In this document: positions 23,131-37,145 of the stretch, piece after piece
Numbering within the stretch: position 1 is the stretch's first letter
Layout of the letters: each line of letters begins with the position of its first letter
Assembly: GCF_006345805.1 (NCBI RefSeq)
Contig: NC_043020.1
Location: 24,800,001 to 24,864,000 of the forward strand
Source: Octopus sinensis
Lineage: Eukaryota
Direction: 5' to 3'
DNA length: 64,000 nucleotides
The notes under the pieces: generated by a model
The model's input: the letters and a program-made list of their open reading frames with translations, nothing else
Databases searched by the model: none
What the model was told of the DNA's origin: nothing
Position numbers and translations under genes: made by a program

Positions 23131-25530
23131 TGAATGTGACACTGACACTACTCTCGGATCACAACATAGTTGACCATGAACGGACCAAAAGAAAGCATGG
23201 ACATGCAGTCTACAAGAAACTCTCAGAATCTTTCCAGCTTGAACTTCCATAAGGCAAACTGGAAACAAATTGAGAAAGAGATCCTCAAACAAAACTAGCC
23301 TAAATGTCTCTCCTCGCCAGACATCGACATGAAACTTCAACAATTCATGTCTGTAATGCAAGCCATGTGCTACAAATGTGTCCCTGAGAGAAAGGCCACT
23401 GTACACAAGAACAAAATCCCCAGAGAGAGGACAATTCTTATGAGACGGCGTACAAAAGTTTCAAATCGTCTAAACAAACAAATTGAAAGCAGTGAAAAGT
23501 CTCGCCTGAAAATAAAACTGTTGGAAATTGAAAAATGTCTGCAACTCTCCCATGAAAAAGAAAGCGCAGACAAAGAAGCCTGGGCTATAGACAACATAAA
23601 ATCTAACACCAGAGCTTTCTACAAGTTTGCCAAATAAACGGCTACGGTGCACTGTAGGATAGGGCCATTCCTTGAAAAAGATGGTACACTCACAAGAAAT
23701 CCAATGAGGATAAGTGCAATACTAAATGAGCATCCAAAAGTATTTTCACTCCACCCCTAAGACATTTTAAAGTCAGCAATCCAACTGACTTCTTTACCAC
23801 TGCAGATATAAAATCAGAGGCAACGATGATTGATTACATCAATATAAAGGAAGACGATGTAATAAAGGCTATAGATGAAATAAACCCAAACTCAGCTACT
23901 GGCCCCGATGGATTCCCAGCAATCCTTCTAAAAGTATGTATGAGAGTCCTAATAAGACCACTGCAGTTCCTCTTTCAGAGCTTCCTTTCAACTGGCAAAC
24001 TTCCAAGAAAACTGAAGGAAGGTAAAATATGCCCTATTCATAAAGGAGGTAGCAGAGCGGAGACCAAGAGCTACAGACCTATCTCTCTGACCTCACACAT
24101 CAGCAAGGTCATGGAACGAATAGTCAGAAGGAAACTAATCGTTTTCCTTGAAGAAAATAACTTGCTGCCTGACACCCAACATGGTTTCCGACCAGGAAGA
24201 AGCTGCTTAACTCAGCTCCTACAACACTATGACTGGGTACTGAAACAACTGCTCAACCACTCAAATGTGTAAGTGATATATCTCGACTTTGCAAAGGCCT
24301 TTGATAAAGTCGATCATGGAATGATATGTCACAAACTGCGTGATCTTGGCATATTTGGAAAATTGGGAGAATGACTTCATGACTTTCTGAAGGATAGAAG
24401 TCGGGTGGTAGGAGCTAATGGGGCCACCTCCATTAACACACAAATAGTGAGCAGTGTTCCGCAAGGCACTGTTTTGGGACCACTACTGTTCATAATGGCC
24501 CTCTCAGACATGCCCTCAGCCACGCAGAGAGCCACGATCACAAGTTATGCGGATGATACAAAAGTTTCACATGTAATACAGAACCCTGAAGACACTATGC
24601 ACCTGCAATGTGAGCTGGACAAAATATAAAAGTGGGCTGAAAAGAATAGCATGCAGTTCAATGCTGAAAAGTTTCAAGCTTTATGCTATCAGCATGCAAA
24701 ACTAAATGCAATACCCAATAAATACACGGGACCTGGAGGGATTGCAATCCCAGAGGCACAATCAGTGCGAGGCCTGGGTAGTTACATGGTGATGATGCAA
24801 CCTTTCATGTGCATGTTTCTAAATTGGCAATGAAATGTAGGCGGCTGACCGATGGATTCTTAGAGCCTTAGAACAAGAGAACAAGAAACCATGATGGTCC
24901 TCTGGAGGATACTTTATCCTAAGCCACTTTGACTATTGCTCTCAGCTATGGTCATCATCCATGTCAATTAATCAAGAACTTGAGGCGATCCAACTAAGCT
25001 ACATGAAGAAGATAGCCTCTGTGCAGCATATAAGCTACTGGGAAAGACTCAAGAGATTAAGACTCTATTCCTTAGAGCGTAGGCGAGAAAGATATGTTCA
25101 TAATGTACATGGAAGATCCTGGAAGGACTTGTCCCAAACTTTGGCATCGAGAGTTACACAAATGCCAGAACTGGGCGCCACTGCGTGGTGCCTAGGACTC
25201 CAAATTTGCCATCAAGATGTAGGACAACATACTGTGATAGCCTGGGCTTCAGAGGCCCACAGCTCTTCAATATCCTCCCGAAGAACCTGAGAGACCTGCA
25301 TGGGGTGGATGCGGATGTATTTAAAGTAGAACTGGATCACTTCCTGTCAGGTGTCCAAGATGAACCAACTTCACGGCAGGAGGGGCATATGAGGGCAGCT
25401 GCATCGAACTCTCTCACGCACCAAATGGCAATTGCTAAAAAGCATTCGTGAAGTAAAATTATGTAGCAACACCAAATGACGGTGCCCCAGCATGGCCACA
25501 GCTCGTGAGCTTAAACTAGATAAAATAAAT
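23124..25530 (+). mobile_element. 5'-truncated, inactivated CR1/L2-group (Jockey-superclade) LINE: end of APE endonuclease plus reverse transcriptase
   Basis: Starts at the last APE motif (LLSDHNIV). RT motifs: SATGPDGFPA, YRPISLTSHISKVMERIV, QHGFRPGRSCLTQLL, IYLDFAKAFDKVDHG, VPQGTVLGPLLF, YADDTK, SLERRRERY. Several in-frame stops and frameshifts; A-rich tail. Confidence 0.92.
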
Positions 25531-25853
25531 TTTAAAAAATAAAATAAAAAAATGTAAATACATAAACATACATACACACACACATATATATATACACATA
25601 TATATATACACACATATACTTACATATATATACACACACTTATACTTATATATATATACACACATATACTTATATATATATACACATATACTTAAATATA
25701 TACACATATATACTTATATATATATATACACACACACATATACTTACAAGTATATACACATACTTATATATACACACATATACTTATATATATATATACA
25801 TATACTTACATATATACAAATGCACATATATACATGCATTTATGTATGTATAT

Positions 25854-26238
25854 GCAGGCATGTCTGTGTGGTAAGAAGCTTGCTTCCCAACTACATAGTC
25901 CCGGGTTCAGTCCTATTGCTTGGCACCTCGGGCAAGAATCTTCTACTATAGGCAAGGGTCGACCGAAGCTTTGAGTAGATTTGATAGACGGAAACTGAAA
26001 GAAGCCTGTTGCACATATGCGTGTATATTGGTGTGTATGTGCGTGTTTGTCCCTCACTAGCGCTTGGCAATCGGTGTTGGTTTGTTTACGTCTCCATAAC
26101 TTAAGGATACGCAAAAAGAGATCGATAAATTAAGTACCAAACTTTAAATAAGTACCGGGCTCGATTCGTTCAACTAACATTCTTTTCAAGCTAGTGCCCC
26201 AGTATGACCGCAGTCTAGTGGCTAGAACAAGTAAAAAT
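25854..26238 (+). mobile_element. SINE family A
   Basis: Head ggtaagaagcttgcttcccaac...gggttcagtcc, tail gtgccccagtatgaccgcagtc...aacaagtaaaaa. Confidence 0.85.
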
Positions 26239-26450
26239 CGAAAGACCTATGTATGCAGCATTCACTTATGCTTTAAATAATTTACATTTTACATCCTCAA
26301 AAACATGTACACGGGTATGTGTATAGACAGATGTAAACATACATTCATCTGCGTCTATGAACGTTGGTGGCCTGATCGTAACGCCGTACTTCGATCCCCA
26401 GTCAAAGCGTACGCTGTGTTCTGGGGCAAAACACTTCATTTCACGTTGTT

Positions 26451-26550
26451 NNNNNNNNNNNNNNNNNNNNNNNNNNNNNNNNNNNNNNNNNNNNNNNNNN
26501 NNNNNNNNNNNNNNNNNNNNNNNNNNNNNNNNNNNNNNNNNNNNNNNNNN
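26451..26550. other. Assembly gap (100 N)
   Basis: Run of N; the two flanks overlap by ~2 kb. Confidence 0.99.
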
Positions 26551-27615
26551 TTTGGGACCACTACTGTTCATAATGGCCCTCTCAGACATGCCCTCAGCCA
26601 CGCAGAGAGCCACGATCACAAGTTATGCGGATGATACAAAAGTTTCACATGTAATACAGAACCCTGAAGACACTATGCACCTGCAATGTGAGCTGGACAA
26701 AATATAAAAGTGGGCTGAAAAGAATAGCATGCAGTTCAATGCTGAAAAGTTTCAAGCTTTATGCTATCAGCATGCAAAACTAAATGCAATACCCAATAAA
26801 TACACGGGACCTGGAGGGATTGCAATCCCAGAGGCACAATCAGTGCGAGGCCTGGGTATTTACATGAGTGATGATGCAACCTTTCATGTGCATGTTTCTA
26901 AATTGGCAATGAAATGTAGGCGGCTGACCGGATGGATTCTTAGAGCCTTTAGAACAAGAGAACAAGAAACCATGATGGTCCTCTGGAGGATACTTATCCT
27001 AAGCCACTTTGACTATTGCTCTCAGCTATGGTCATCATCCAGTGTCAAGTTAATCACAGAACTTGAGGCGATCCAACGAAGCTACATGAAGAAGATAGCC
27101 TCTGTGCAGCATATAAGCTACTGGGAAAGACTCAAGAGATTAAGACTCTATTCCTTAGAGCGTAGGCGAGAAAGATATGTCATAATGTACATCTGGAAGA
27201 TCCTGGAAGGACTTGTCCCAAACTTTGGCATCGAGAGTTACACAAATGCCAGAACTGGGCGCCACTGCGTGGTGCCTAGGACTCCAAATTTGCCATCAAG
27301 ATGTAGGACAACATACTGTGATAGCCTGGGCTTCAGAGGCCCACAGCTCTTCAATATCCTCCCGAAGAACCTGAGAGACCTGCATGGGGTGGATGCGGAT
27401 GTATTTAAAGTAGAACTGGATCACTTCCTGTCAGGTGTCCAAGATGAACCAACTTCACGGCAGGAGGGGCATATGAGGGCAGCTGCATCGAACTCTCTCA
27501 CGCACCAAATGGCAATTGCTAAAAAGCATTCGTGAAGTAAAATTATGTAGCAACACCAAATGACGGTGCCCCAGCATGGCCACAGCTCGTGAGCTTAAAC
27601 TAGATAAAATAAATT
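26551..27615 (+). mobile_element. Second copy of the LINE 3' half (duplicate of 24473-25530); RT C-terminal ORF 26729-27535 open
   Basis: Near-identical to the first copy but lacks its indels. Shares the premature TAA at 26705-26707. Confidence 0.9.
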
Positions 27616-27937
27616 TTAAAAAATAAAATAAAAAAATGTAAATACATAAACATACATACACACACACATATATATATACACATATATATATACACACATA
27701 TACTTACATATATATACACACACTTATACTTATATATATATACACACATATACTTATATATATATACACATATACTTAAATATATACACATATATACTTA
27801 TATATATATATACACACACACATATACTTACAAGTATATACACATACTTATATATACACACATATACTTATATATATATATACATATACTTACATATATA
27901 CAAATGCACATATATACATGCATTTATGTATGTATAT

Positions 27938-28322
27938 GCAGGCATGTCTGTGTGGTAAGAAGCTTGCTTCCCAACTACATAGTCCCGGGTTCAGTCCTAT
28001 TGCTTGGCACCTCGGGCAAGAATCTTCTACTATAGGCAAGGGTCGACCGAAGCTTTGAGTAGATTTGATAGACGGAAACTGAAAGAAGCCTGTTGCACAT
28101 ATGCGTGTATATTGGTGTGTATGTGCGTGTTTGTCCCTCACTAGCGCTTGGCAATCGGTGTTGGTTTGTTTACGTCTCCATAACTTAAGGATACGCAAAA
28201 AGAGATCGATAAATTAAGTACCAAACTTTAAATAAGTACCGGGCTCGATTCGTTCAACTAACATTCTTTTCAAGCTAGTGCCCCAGTATGACCGCAGTCT
28301 AGTGGCTAGAACAAGTAAAAAT
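27938..28322 (+). mobile_element. SINE family A (duplicate of 25854-26238)
   Basis: Identical sequence at offset +2084. Confidence 0.85.
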
Positions 28323-28444
28323 CGAAAGACCTATGTATGCAGCATTCACTTATGCTTTAAATAATTTACATTTTACATCCTCAAAAACATGTACACGGGT
28401 ATGTGTATAGACAGATGTAAACATACATTCATCTGCGTCTATGA

Positions 28445-28680
28445 ACGTTGGTGGCCTGATCGTAACGCCGTACTTTCGATCCCCAGTCCAAGCGTACGCT
28501 GTGTTCTGGGGCAAAACACTTCATTTCACGTTGTTCAAATTCCCTCAGCTGTCAATGAATTACCCTGTGCCAAACTGGCGGCACATCCAAAGGAATGGTC
28601 GAGATCTCGGACGCTAATACGCGAAGGGGACCGGATAACAGGCCCTACGAGCTCTAAGGGCCGAGCAAGTAGGATGCATT
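28445..28680 (+). mobile_element. Diverged SINE-like element of a third family
   Basis: ggtggcctgatcgtaacg...tcgatcccc...gtgttctggggcaaaacacttcatttcacgttg has a tRNA-like head and a 'gggcaa.acactt' core. Related weaker copies at ~4370-4600 and ~29470-29640. Confidence 0.4.
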
Positions 28681-28872
28681 TTTTTCTTTTTGTATTAAAT
28701 CTATCAGCTATATACCAGGCCACAGACAATGAGCATCGTACACTGAGGACATATAGAAAGACGGGCGCATACATATAGACAAGCAGAGGGGGAGACTAAG
28801 CCAGGAATGAAAACAGTCAGACGGACAGAGAGACAGATATAGAAGGGAAAGAGCGAAAGAGACGAAGAGAGA

Positions 28873-28918
<46 letters not shown>

Positions 28919-29251
28919 GAGAGGATTTAACAAACGAGATTGGTCCAAGCAAAAAACAATGAATAATAGAGGAACAGGTAGTGAAACAAAAGACAGGGTT
29001 ATAAAATATATGATCTATATCGATGATTGAAGCAGATCGATAGCATCGTATTAGGAAATAATCTAATCGAAATTGGTGGATGAATTGTAGAATATATCAA
29101 ATAAAAAACATCTGGTATATTTTAATGTGTGTACATGTTGGTATGTGCGTGTATATACACATTAGTGCGTTTGTATATGCTTGAATGTGTCTCTGTGTGT
29201 AGATGTGCACACACGTAGATATGTATATTTGTAAATACATACATATATACA

Positions 29252-29285
<34 letters not shown>

Positions 29286-29869
29286 TAATATATATATGTA
29301 TATACATATATATACATATATATATATACATATATATATATACATATATATATATAAGTATATACGTCTCTCTCTCTCTTCTCTCTCTCTCTCATATATA
29401 TATGTACACACGCAATTAAATAAGAGAATGTATGTTTGTGGGGCTGTTTCAAGTTGCCCGCCTTTATCCTCCAACCGACCGGTGCTTTTCTTTCTACCCA
29501 TGGGCGAGTGTTTTCACTTCATGTTAGCCCAGTCCAATCAATGGCAACCCCTTGACAGGAGGTTCTTGTCCTTAGACTCGCTTAAACATTATGGAAACCG
29601 CTCTAAGCTTCAGCATAATTGGCCTCTGAACACGAGGCTGGCTTAATTATATGTGTGTGCATACATTTATGCATGTATGTGTAAGAAAAAAATGGATATC
29701 CTGCTGGGTGGTTGGTGAGACAAATACATCACATCTCATTGATCTTTTCACAGTGACCTATTGTGTGAATGAGAAGAAAAAAAACACACAATGAAATGGG
29801 AGGGGAGGGGGTATGTGTGAGTGAGAGTACAAAAGTCTGGTCGATGTTATCGCATCTCCACTATCATCG

Positions 29870-30400
29870 TCACCATCATATTTCTTTTCATCACTAACTC
29901 CCCATCCTCATCCTCGTTTGCCTTTATTCTTTTTCATCAACGACATCGCATCATTTTCACTGCTGTCGTCGTCATCGTCGTTGCCATCCTCATTATCATA
30001 ATCAAATTAAAGTTATCACCATAATGACCATCAGCCTCGAAATCATCCTCTGCTCATCATCAGGAAGCTTATCCTCATCATTTTATGACCGTGATCCCCG
30101 TCACCGCCTCCAACATCATCAGCATTATCATCATCATTACAATCATGAACATCTTCAGAATCATCACTATCGTTAACATAAGCAACATCTCCACCACCAC
30201 CACCACCACCCTGATAATCACCATCGTCGTCGTCAAAATAACCTTAGCGTCCTTCACCTCCACCGTAATCCTCAACATAGACATCGCCTTCACCACTGAA
30301 GTTTTAATCCTTTTCATCCTCCTACTTCACCTCCTCATCGTCACCACCACCACCACCGACATCATAAGCAGCATCATTATCATCATCCTGGTCTTCTTCT
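29870..30400. repeat. Degenerate (CAT/CAC/CGT)n triplet tract
   Basis: Seen directly. Confidence 0.85.
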
Positions 30401-31657
30401 ACAAAACCTTCCCCCACTACAGCACTTCAAAACAAAAAAAAAAACTCGCGTTATTTATTCGTTTTTAATGCTCATCTATGTATCGATATATCGATTTATT
30501 TATTCATTGATTAATGCATGTTATTCTTCTTCTTGTTGCTGTAGTTACTCTAAAGATTATCTGTGTTTTTTACTGTTGTTGCTTTTGTCGTTGTTGTTTT
30601 CCATTTAAGCAAAACCATGCTGAAGGTTATACCACTTAACGACGGCTTTCAACTTCTTTCTACAGCAGGGTGCTCTTTTCAAACGTCTGCTTTATAAACT
30701 AGAAATTGAATTTTCGCTGCAATGCTTTTTGTGTCACTAGTTTTTCATATGTTGAACTTATTTCATGAGGTGTTAAAGCTAACTATGGAATGGAGTTATA
30801 GAGGGAGCTTTTATTCAGATAACTCCATGTTTCACTAGCGCCAACCCGTTATTCTATCTAATTTTACACCTATTTCTCTCATCCTTATATTTATATACAC
30901 GTGACTTTTCGTGCGCATGCATACATATATAAACACACACACATTCATACACTCATTGAGATACATATACATGCACACATACTTGAAACTATATGATATA
31001 AACACAAATAGGCCTTGTCTGTATTAACATATTTATACACATACATATACATGCAACTATACACATCTACACACACACGTATCTAATGAACATTGAATAT
31101 TTTCCAGTGGTTTAGAAAAAGAATGACTAAAACTACAGACTAAGACTCAAGTGAGCGAGGTAAAACTTAAGTCAAATGTGCATTTGTCAAACAAAAGAAA
31201 GAACATATAAATTACAAAGAAAAGTACGATATACATACATATCTATACACACGCACACACACGAGCACATTTGGTGTATGCAACTGAAGAGAGAGAGAGA
31301 GAGAGATGTGTGGCGAACACACACGTTACTTGTATCTACATGGCATAATATAAATTTATAGTGTGATGCTACACACAATGCTGTAAATTGATGATGTAAA
31401 ATAATGGTACTTTTCAGAATGCAATAAATGTGATCAGATTTTATTGACAGGCTATCACACAGTTCATACATCCATCTAGACACATGCATATTTACACACA
31501 CAATTCTGAAGCTATACACACACGCGTGCGCGCATACAAATGCAAAAACAATACAAATACATTCACACAGTTGCAAACCTATCACAATCAAACAGACCTA
31601 CGTATCTATCTATCTATCTATTATATATATATGTAACAAAATAATAAATAAAACATA

Positions 31658-32029
31658 TGCATATATACATACATATATGTACGTACCTACATCTACATGT
31701 ATATATACATGTATATATGGGTACAGGACACCAAAAAAACGTCGAACACAACGAACATTCCCCTTCTTCAGCCGCGTCTGTTTCATCTACTCCGCGTTTC
31801 GAAAGTAAAGGCCTGAAACAGAGGCGGCTGAAGAAGGGGAATTTTCCTTGTGTTGTATGTGCTGTACTTTGTTTTTTCGTTGTTTAAGAAAAATGTCCAT
31901 TTCCTTGGTTTTGTGTTTATATTTTCGTTTCTCATTGTGTTCGACGTCTTTTTTGGTGTCCTGTACTCATATATTCATGTATATATACATATAGATGTAG
32001 GTACGTACATATATGTATATATATATGCA
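31658..32029. mobile_element. Family X element present as an inverted duplication
   Basis: Outer arms 31658-31751 / 31935-32029 are near-complementary; inner arms 31757-31785 / 31814-31842 match at 28 of 29 nt. Confidence 0.7.
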
Positions 32030-32596
32030 AATGTTTTATTTATTATTTTGTTATTATATGATAAAACGCACGCATCCACTTCTAAGTAAGTTTTATCTTA
32101 ATATATATATATATATATATATAATATATATATATATATACATACATACATATAAGGATATATATAGAGAAATGTGCGTATGTGTATTTATATATATATA
32201 CATTCATACATACATACATACATACAACATACATACATACTCACACACACACACGCTAATTTATACATGTACATCTCTATCCAACATTAGCCAACTTCTT
32301 CAACGATCGTATACACTGAAATTGAAGACTATATATTTTAATGTATACACACGTGTGTGTGTGTGTATCGTATTTCTTCTATGTTGTGCTTTAACTAAAT
32401 ACAGGTGATGTTTTATGTCCTCGGATGCATAAAATGTCGAGACCAATTACAAAGGATTGCTTTTGTTATACACACTCTTTTTTATACATTTTCATGCAGA
32501 TATACATATATACATTTGCGCATAGTTATATACATACACAAACGTAGATATAACATACAGACACACATGATATAATATTATATATATTATATATAT

Positions 32597-32635
<39 letters not shown>

Positions 32636-33012
32636 AACATATACACATATATAAAAATACATACAGATACCGATATACACACATGATCATACATGGGCGT
32701 GTGTACATGTACGTATATTTGGATATATATGTACATATACGCATACACTTACGCATAAACAAACAAGAATACATTGTCTTCTGTCGCATTTATTGATTTA
32801 TGTTTCTAGACACTTCTATGTACGATAATGTTTCTATCCTTCTTTACGCTTTCTCAGCACAGACAATACTTTCTCAAGCCACAATCTTGTTGGATCGAAT
32901 AAAATGAATAAAAGCACAAGCGACCTTTTATAAGGAATTGGGTGGGTCATATATATATATATATACATTACTACTCAAATATATACATATATATACACGC
33001 ATACACTCATCT

Positions 33013-33078
<66 letters not shown>

Positions 33079-33324
33079 ACACGCACATTATATATATATA
33101 TAATATAGAAATATATAAACAAACATTTATATATACGTACGCACATGTGGATAGAGAGAGAAAGTGAGAGAATAGATAGAGATAAAGAAAGAGAAATAGA
33201 TAGAGAAGGGAGAAGACAGAGAGAGAGAGAGAGACAGATAGAAATAGACAGATAAATCGGCAGACGGACAGAGAGAATATGAATTTAGCCATGACAAGAC
33301 TTCGCACATATCTTGAATCTATCT

Positions 33325-33890
33325 TTTCCTTTTACTTATTTCAGCTATTCGACTGCGGCCATGCTGGAGCACCACCATACAGGGTTCAGCTAAACAAATT
33401 GACTCAAGCTTTGATTTTTAAAGTGTGGTAGTTGCTATATCGTTTTTTTTTTTTTATCGAGATGCTAAGTTACGCTGATGAAACAAACCAATGACAGTTG
33501 TCACACCGCAGTGGAAATATCCAACGCGCAAACACGAAGAGACAGATACATTTTTTTATACAATATGTGTGTGTGTGTGTTAACCAGATAAAAGAATAGA
33601 GTGACTAAGTAGACAGTTATTTCTTAATATATCAGGTAACATCCTGGCCTAAATCGCCGCCTCGATCTCACGACAGCCACACGCCAAGCGGGGAGTTTAC
33701 TCTGTGCTCCGTTTGATTCTTCGAATCCCTGTTCTTATATGTACGAGAGATTTCTTTCAGGTTCCGTCAGCTAAATCCACTCAAAACGCAACTGTACAAG
33801 ACACTTGCAGGCGTGCCATTCAGTAGGTCTGAACCCAAAACTACGTGATTAGGAAACAAAGCTTCTTAACCACAAAGCCACTCTCGCCAT
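33325..33890 (-). mobile_element. Diverged SINE family A, interrupted
   Basis: Tail gactgcggccatgctggagcacc at ~33350 and head gaacccaaaactacgtgattagg...aagcttcttaaccac at ~33830-33875. Confidence 0.6.
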
Positions 33891-34199
33891 CTAAACTTGC
33901 ACTTCTTTTTTTTTTTGTATTTTTGTATTTTCGATTCCGGCTTTAAAGCAGCAGAACAAAATTTTGGTGGCAAAAAATGCTTTTGAAAAAATATGTTCCT
34001 GACATTCGGAGTCTTTGAAGGATATTTATTTCAGGGTGTAAATATAGTTGCCACTTCTAGTGGCAACCTTCAGACACCGGCGCCTAAGGATAGGGTGCGC
34101 TGCGGCAAGGAATACAAGGCCAGGTATCAGAATAATATCGATATTGTGCATTGCATAGAAAACACAATCATCATCCACAAATATGTGTGTGTGTGTGTG

Positions 34200-34235
<36 letters not shown>

Positions 34236-34803
34236 CATGCATACATACATACATACATACATACATACATACACACACACACACGTATATAAACGTACAC
34301 ATACGCATAAACATGAGCATATACAAACATGTACACAAACATATGCTTACATCTGTCTTTCTCTTCTGTGTTTACCAATGCGCACGAGCACACACTATAT
34401 ATAATACACACACACACAAACACATATATATATATAATTCGTTTTAACCATTCTCCGAGTTTCGCCTAACAGCTTATTCAACCATTTGGGCTAATTACAT
34501 CCCGAGTCTAAATTTACAATCTCAAACAAATGGAATCTCCTAAAACTTTGATACTTTGAGTTCCCCACGAGTAAATATTTTGTTCTTAAAATTGCTCTAA
34601 AATAAACAATCTTAAAGATGTGGCTACATCTACACGTATATTTATTCATATACACTCATATGCACACACACACACACACACACATGAATATATACCTGTA
34701 TAGAGATGCGCGTATATTTATACATATTTGTAGACCTAATTTCTCATACGCACACACAGCTAGAAAGATATATATAGAGAGAGGTTTGTGTGTCTGTGTA
34801 TAA

Positions 34804-34854
<51 letters not shown>

Positions 34855-37145
34855 GTGTGTGTGTGTGTGTTGTGTGCGTATCTATGAATTTATCTATGCA
34901 TGTGTGCGCACACAGGTATGTGCAGATCTGGGAGAGATTGCTGTGTGTGTATGTGTGCGCATATCCTCCTGCCTGTGTGTCTACGTAGATACGCCTGTGG
35001 TAAAACTGTGTGTATATATATGTCTGAATTTGTGAATGAACACACACACACGTATGTATATGAGCTTTTTTTTCTCTTTGAGCGATTGTGTATGTACTGT
35101 GATGCCTAGATGTATATGTAACATACGCATGTTACTTTCTTTCCTTATATTTAAATGAATTAGCATTCAAGTCGAGTGTTTCAAAAACGCTCAATATTAA
35201 AACAAGAACAACAACAACAACATCGACAGCAGCAGCAGCAACAACAACAACAGTAGCAAGTTGGCATTTTCATTCATCATGAATTCCATCTAATGAAACA
35301 TACAATAAAAGTAATTCTGAGATGCTTCCAGAATCCAAAAAGTAACATTTAGAATTCTTAAGTCCATTCTTGTCAACATCAAATAACAAATATTCCAGGT
35401 TCTTAAATAATGGAAACAGTCAAAGGGAGGAGAAGGAGGAGGAACGTGGTGGCGGGGACGGGGCTTTTTCGAAATTTCAATTTGTGTGTATCTACACATA
35501 ATGTGTGTATATATTACATACGCAAACTTGTGTTTACACACACGCATATTTACGTACATGCACACACATTTACACAGGCATGCGTGTATGCATATATTTA
35601 TGTATATAGTTATTCAAAGATACTCATATGCATGTGTCTGTGTGTGTATATATATATATATTATATATATCTAAGCATGCGCGCACACACATACACACGC
35701 ACATGTATGTCCATGCATACATGCGTATTTCTACAAGCATATAGATGTGTTTGAGCATGTATGATGGGATGGGGTTAATGTGTGTTCAGGCGGATTGAAA
35801 GTAAAATATATTTACAGTACATAATATGCACAAGGCCATGAAGTGTATCCACACACATACACACACACACACGCTCAATATGTGCGTGCGTTGGTAGATT
35901 GAAAACAATGATATATACCAAAGTGCAAGCAAAGCAACGTTGAATTTCTAACAGACGTTTAATGTCAAAACAAACACAAAAAACAAATAACAAAATTATT
36001 ATTATTATTATTATTAGAATGAAAAACACCCGAAAAAAAATCAAGTGGAGGCGAAAAGAAGAGTCTTGCTTCGTCCCTCTTCCTCCTCCACTTTTCAGTT
36101 CCTTAACGTCATTTTAATTTCTCCGTTTTTCTCTGTAAACATGTTTAGTTCTTACTCCAACTTCAGAATCTAGAAAGATCTTTGAGAAAAATAAAGTCCC
36201 TGTCAAATAGCTTGGTTCTGACATTTGGTTTTTGTTTTTAAGGCTAGATTTCATTTAAGGGTCTTGATATATTCTCTTACTGTTTTTGTTGTCGTCAATG
36301 GTAATTGTTAGCCTCCACTCAGCCCTTTTAAAGCAGATCTACAGTGACAGCTATTCCTACTGTGACCATCACACCTTTTAATGTCTAGAAATTCAAGAGA
36401 AAATTATCCAGCGAGGGTGATTTAGCTTCTATTTCTTGTATTTAAGGTAACCGTGTACAAGATCCCTCATTAACTTGGTTTGAAAACTTGTTGTCAATAT
36501 TGACGGGAATTTAAGTTTTGATTGCTGTTTTCTTTTCAGATTGTTGCTGTCACTTGACCCCAGGCCGGACCTGATGGTTCGGACACCAATAAACCAAGGA
36601 TCTCCTACGATGACCATCCCGTTCTTTTCCCCATAAGGATCTGAGACTATATTACTCAACGGTACCCACGCCCTTTTCCAAGACGGTATATTTGACTGTT
36701 ATGTTTAGTATGTTGAACGATCTGGTCGTGTGATTAATTTTGCTGCGCATCCAGAAAATCAACGAATTTGTCATCGTTTCCCTTTGCGCAAATGTCGTCT
36801 TCTTGGTCTCCTCGGGTCCGGGCAAAGATTGGCAGTGAAAACGAGACCGAGGAAGACTGAAAATCCGTTGATTATACAGAAATAGTTATACGAAGGCCCA
36901 ATCTTGTCAGCTCAGGTCTCTGAGTTCACTCGAAGCAGGGGTTTACATTAAGAGAATAACCTATCAGCGGAAACGTCAACGACTTACATCAGAATAATGG
37001 CCGTTTCGCAATTTGTCGATTTCGTCTTGTCAGGCAGAGTCACACTGACTCAGCATGAAGACTATTTTCAGGGCTAGATCAGCCGCCGAGTATTCTGCAG
37101 ACACCTTCACCATCGAACTTCTCTCACAAGACATGATGTGTGTGT

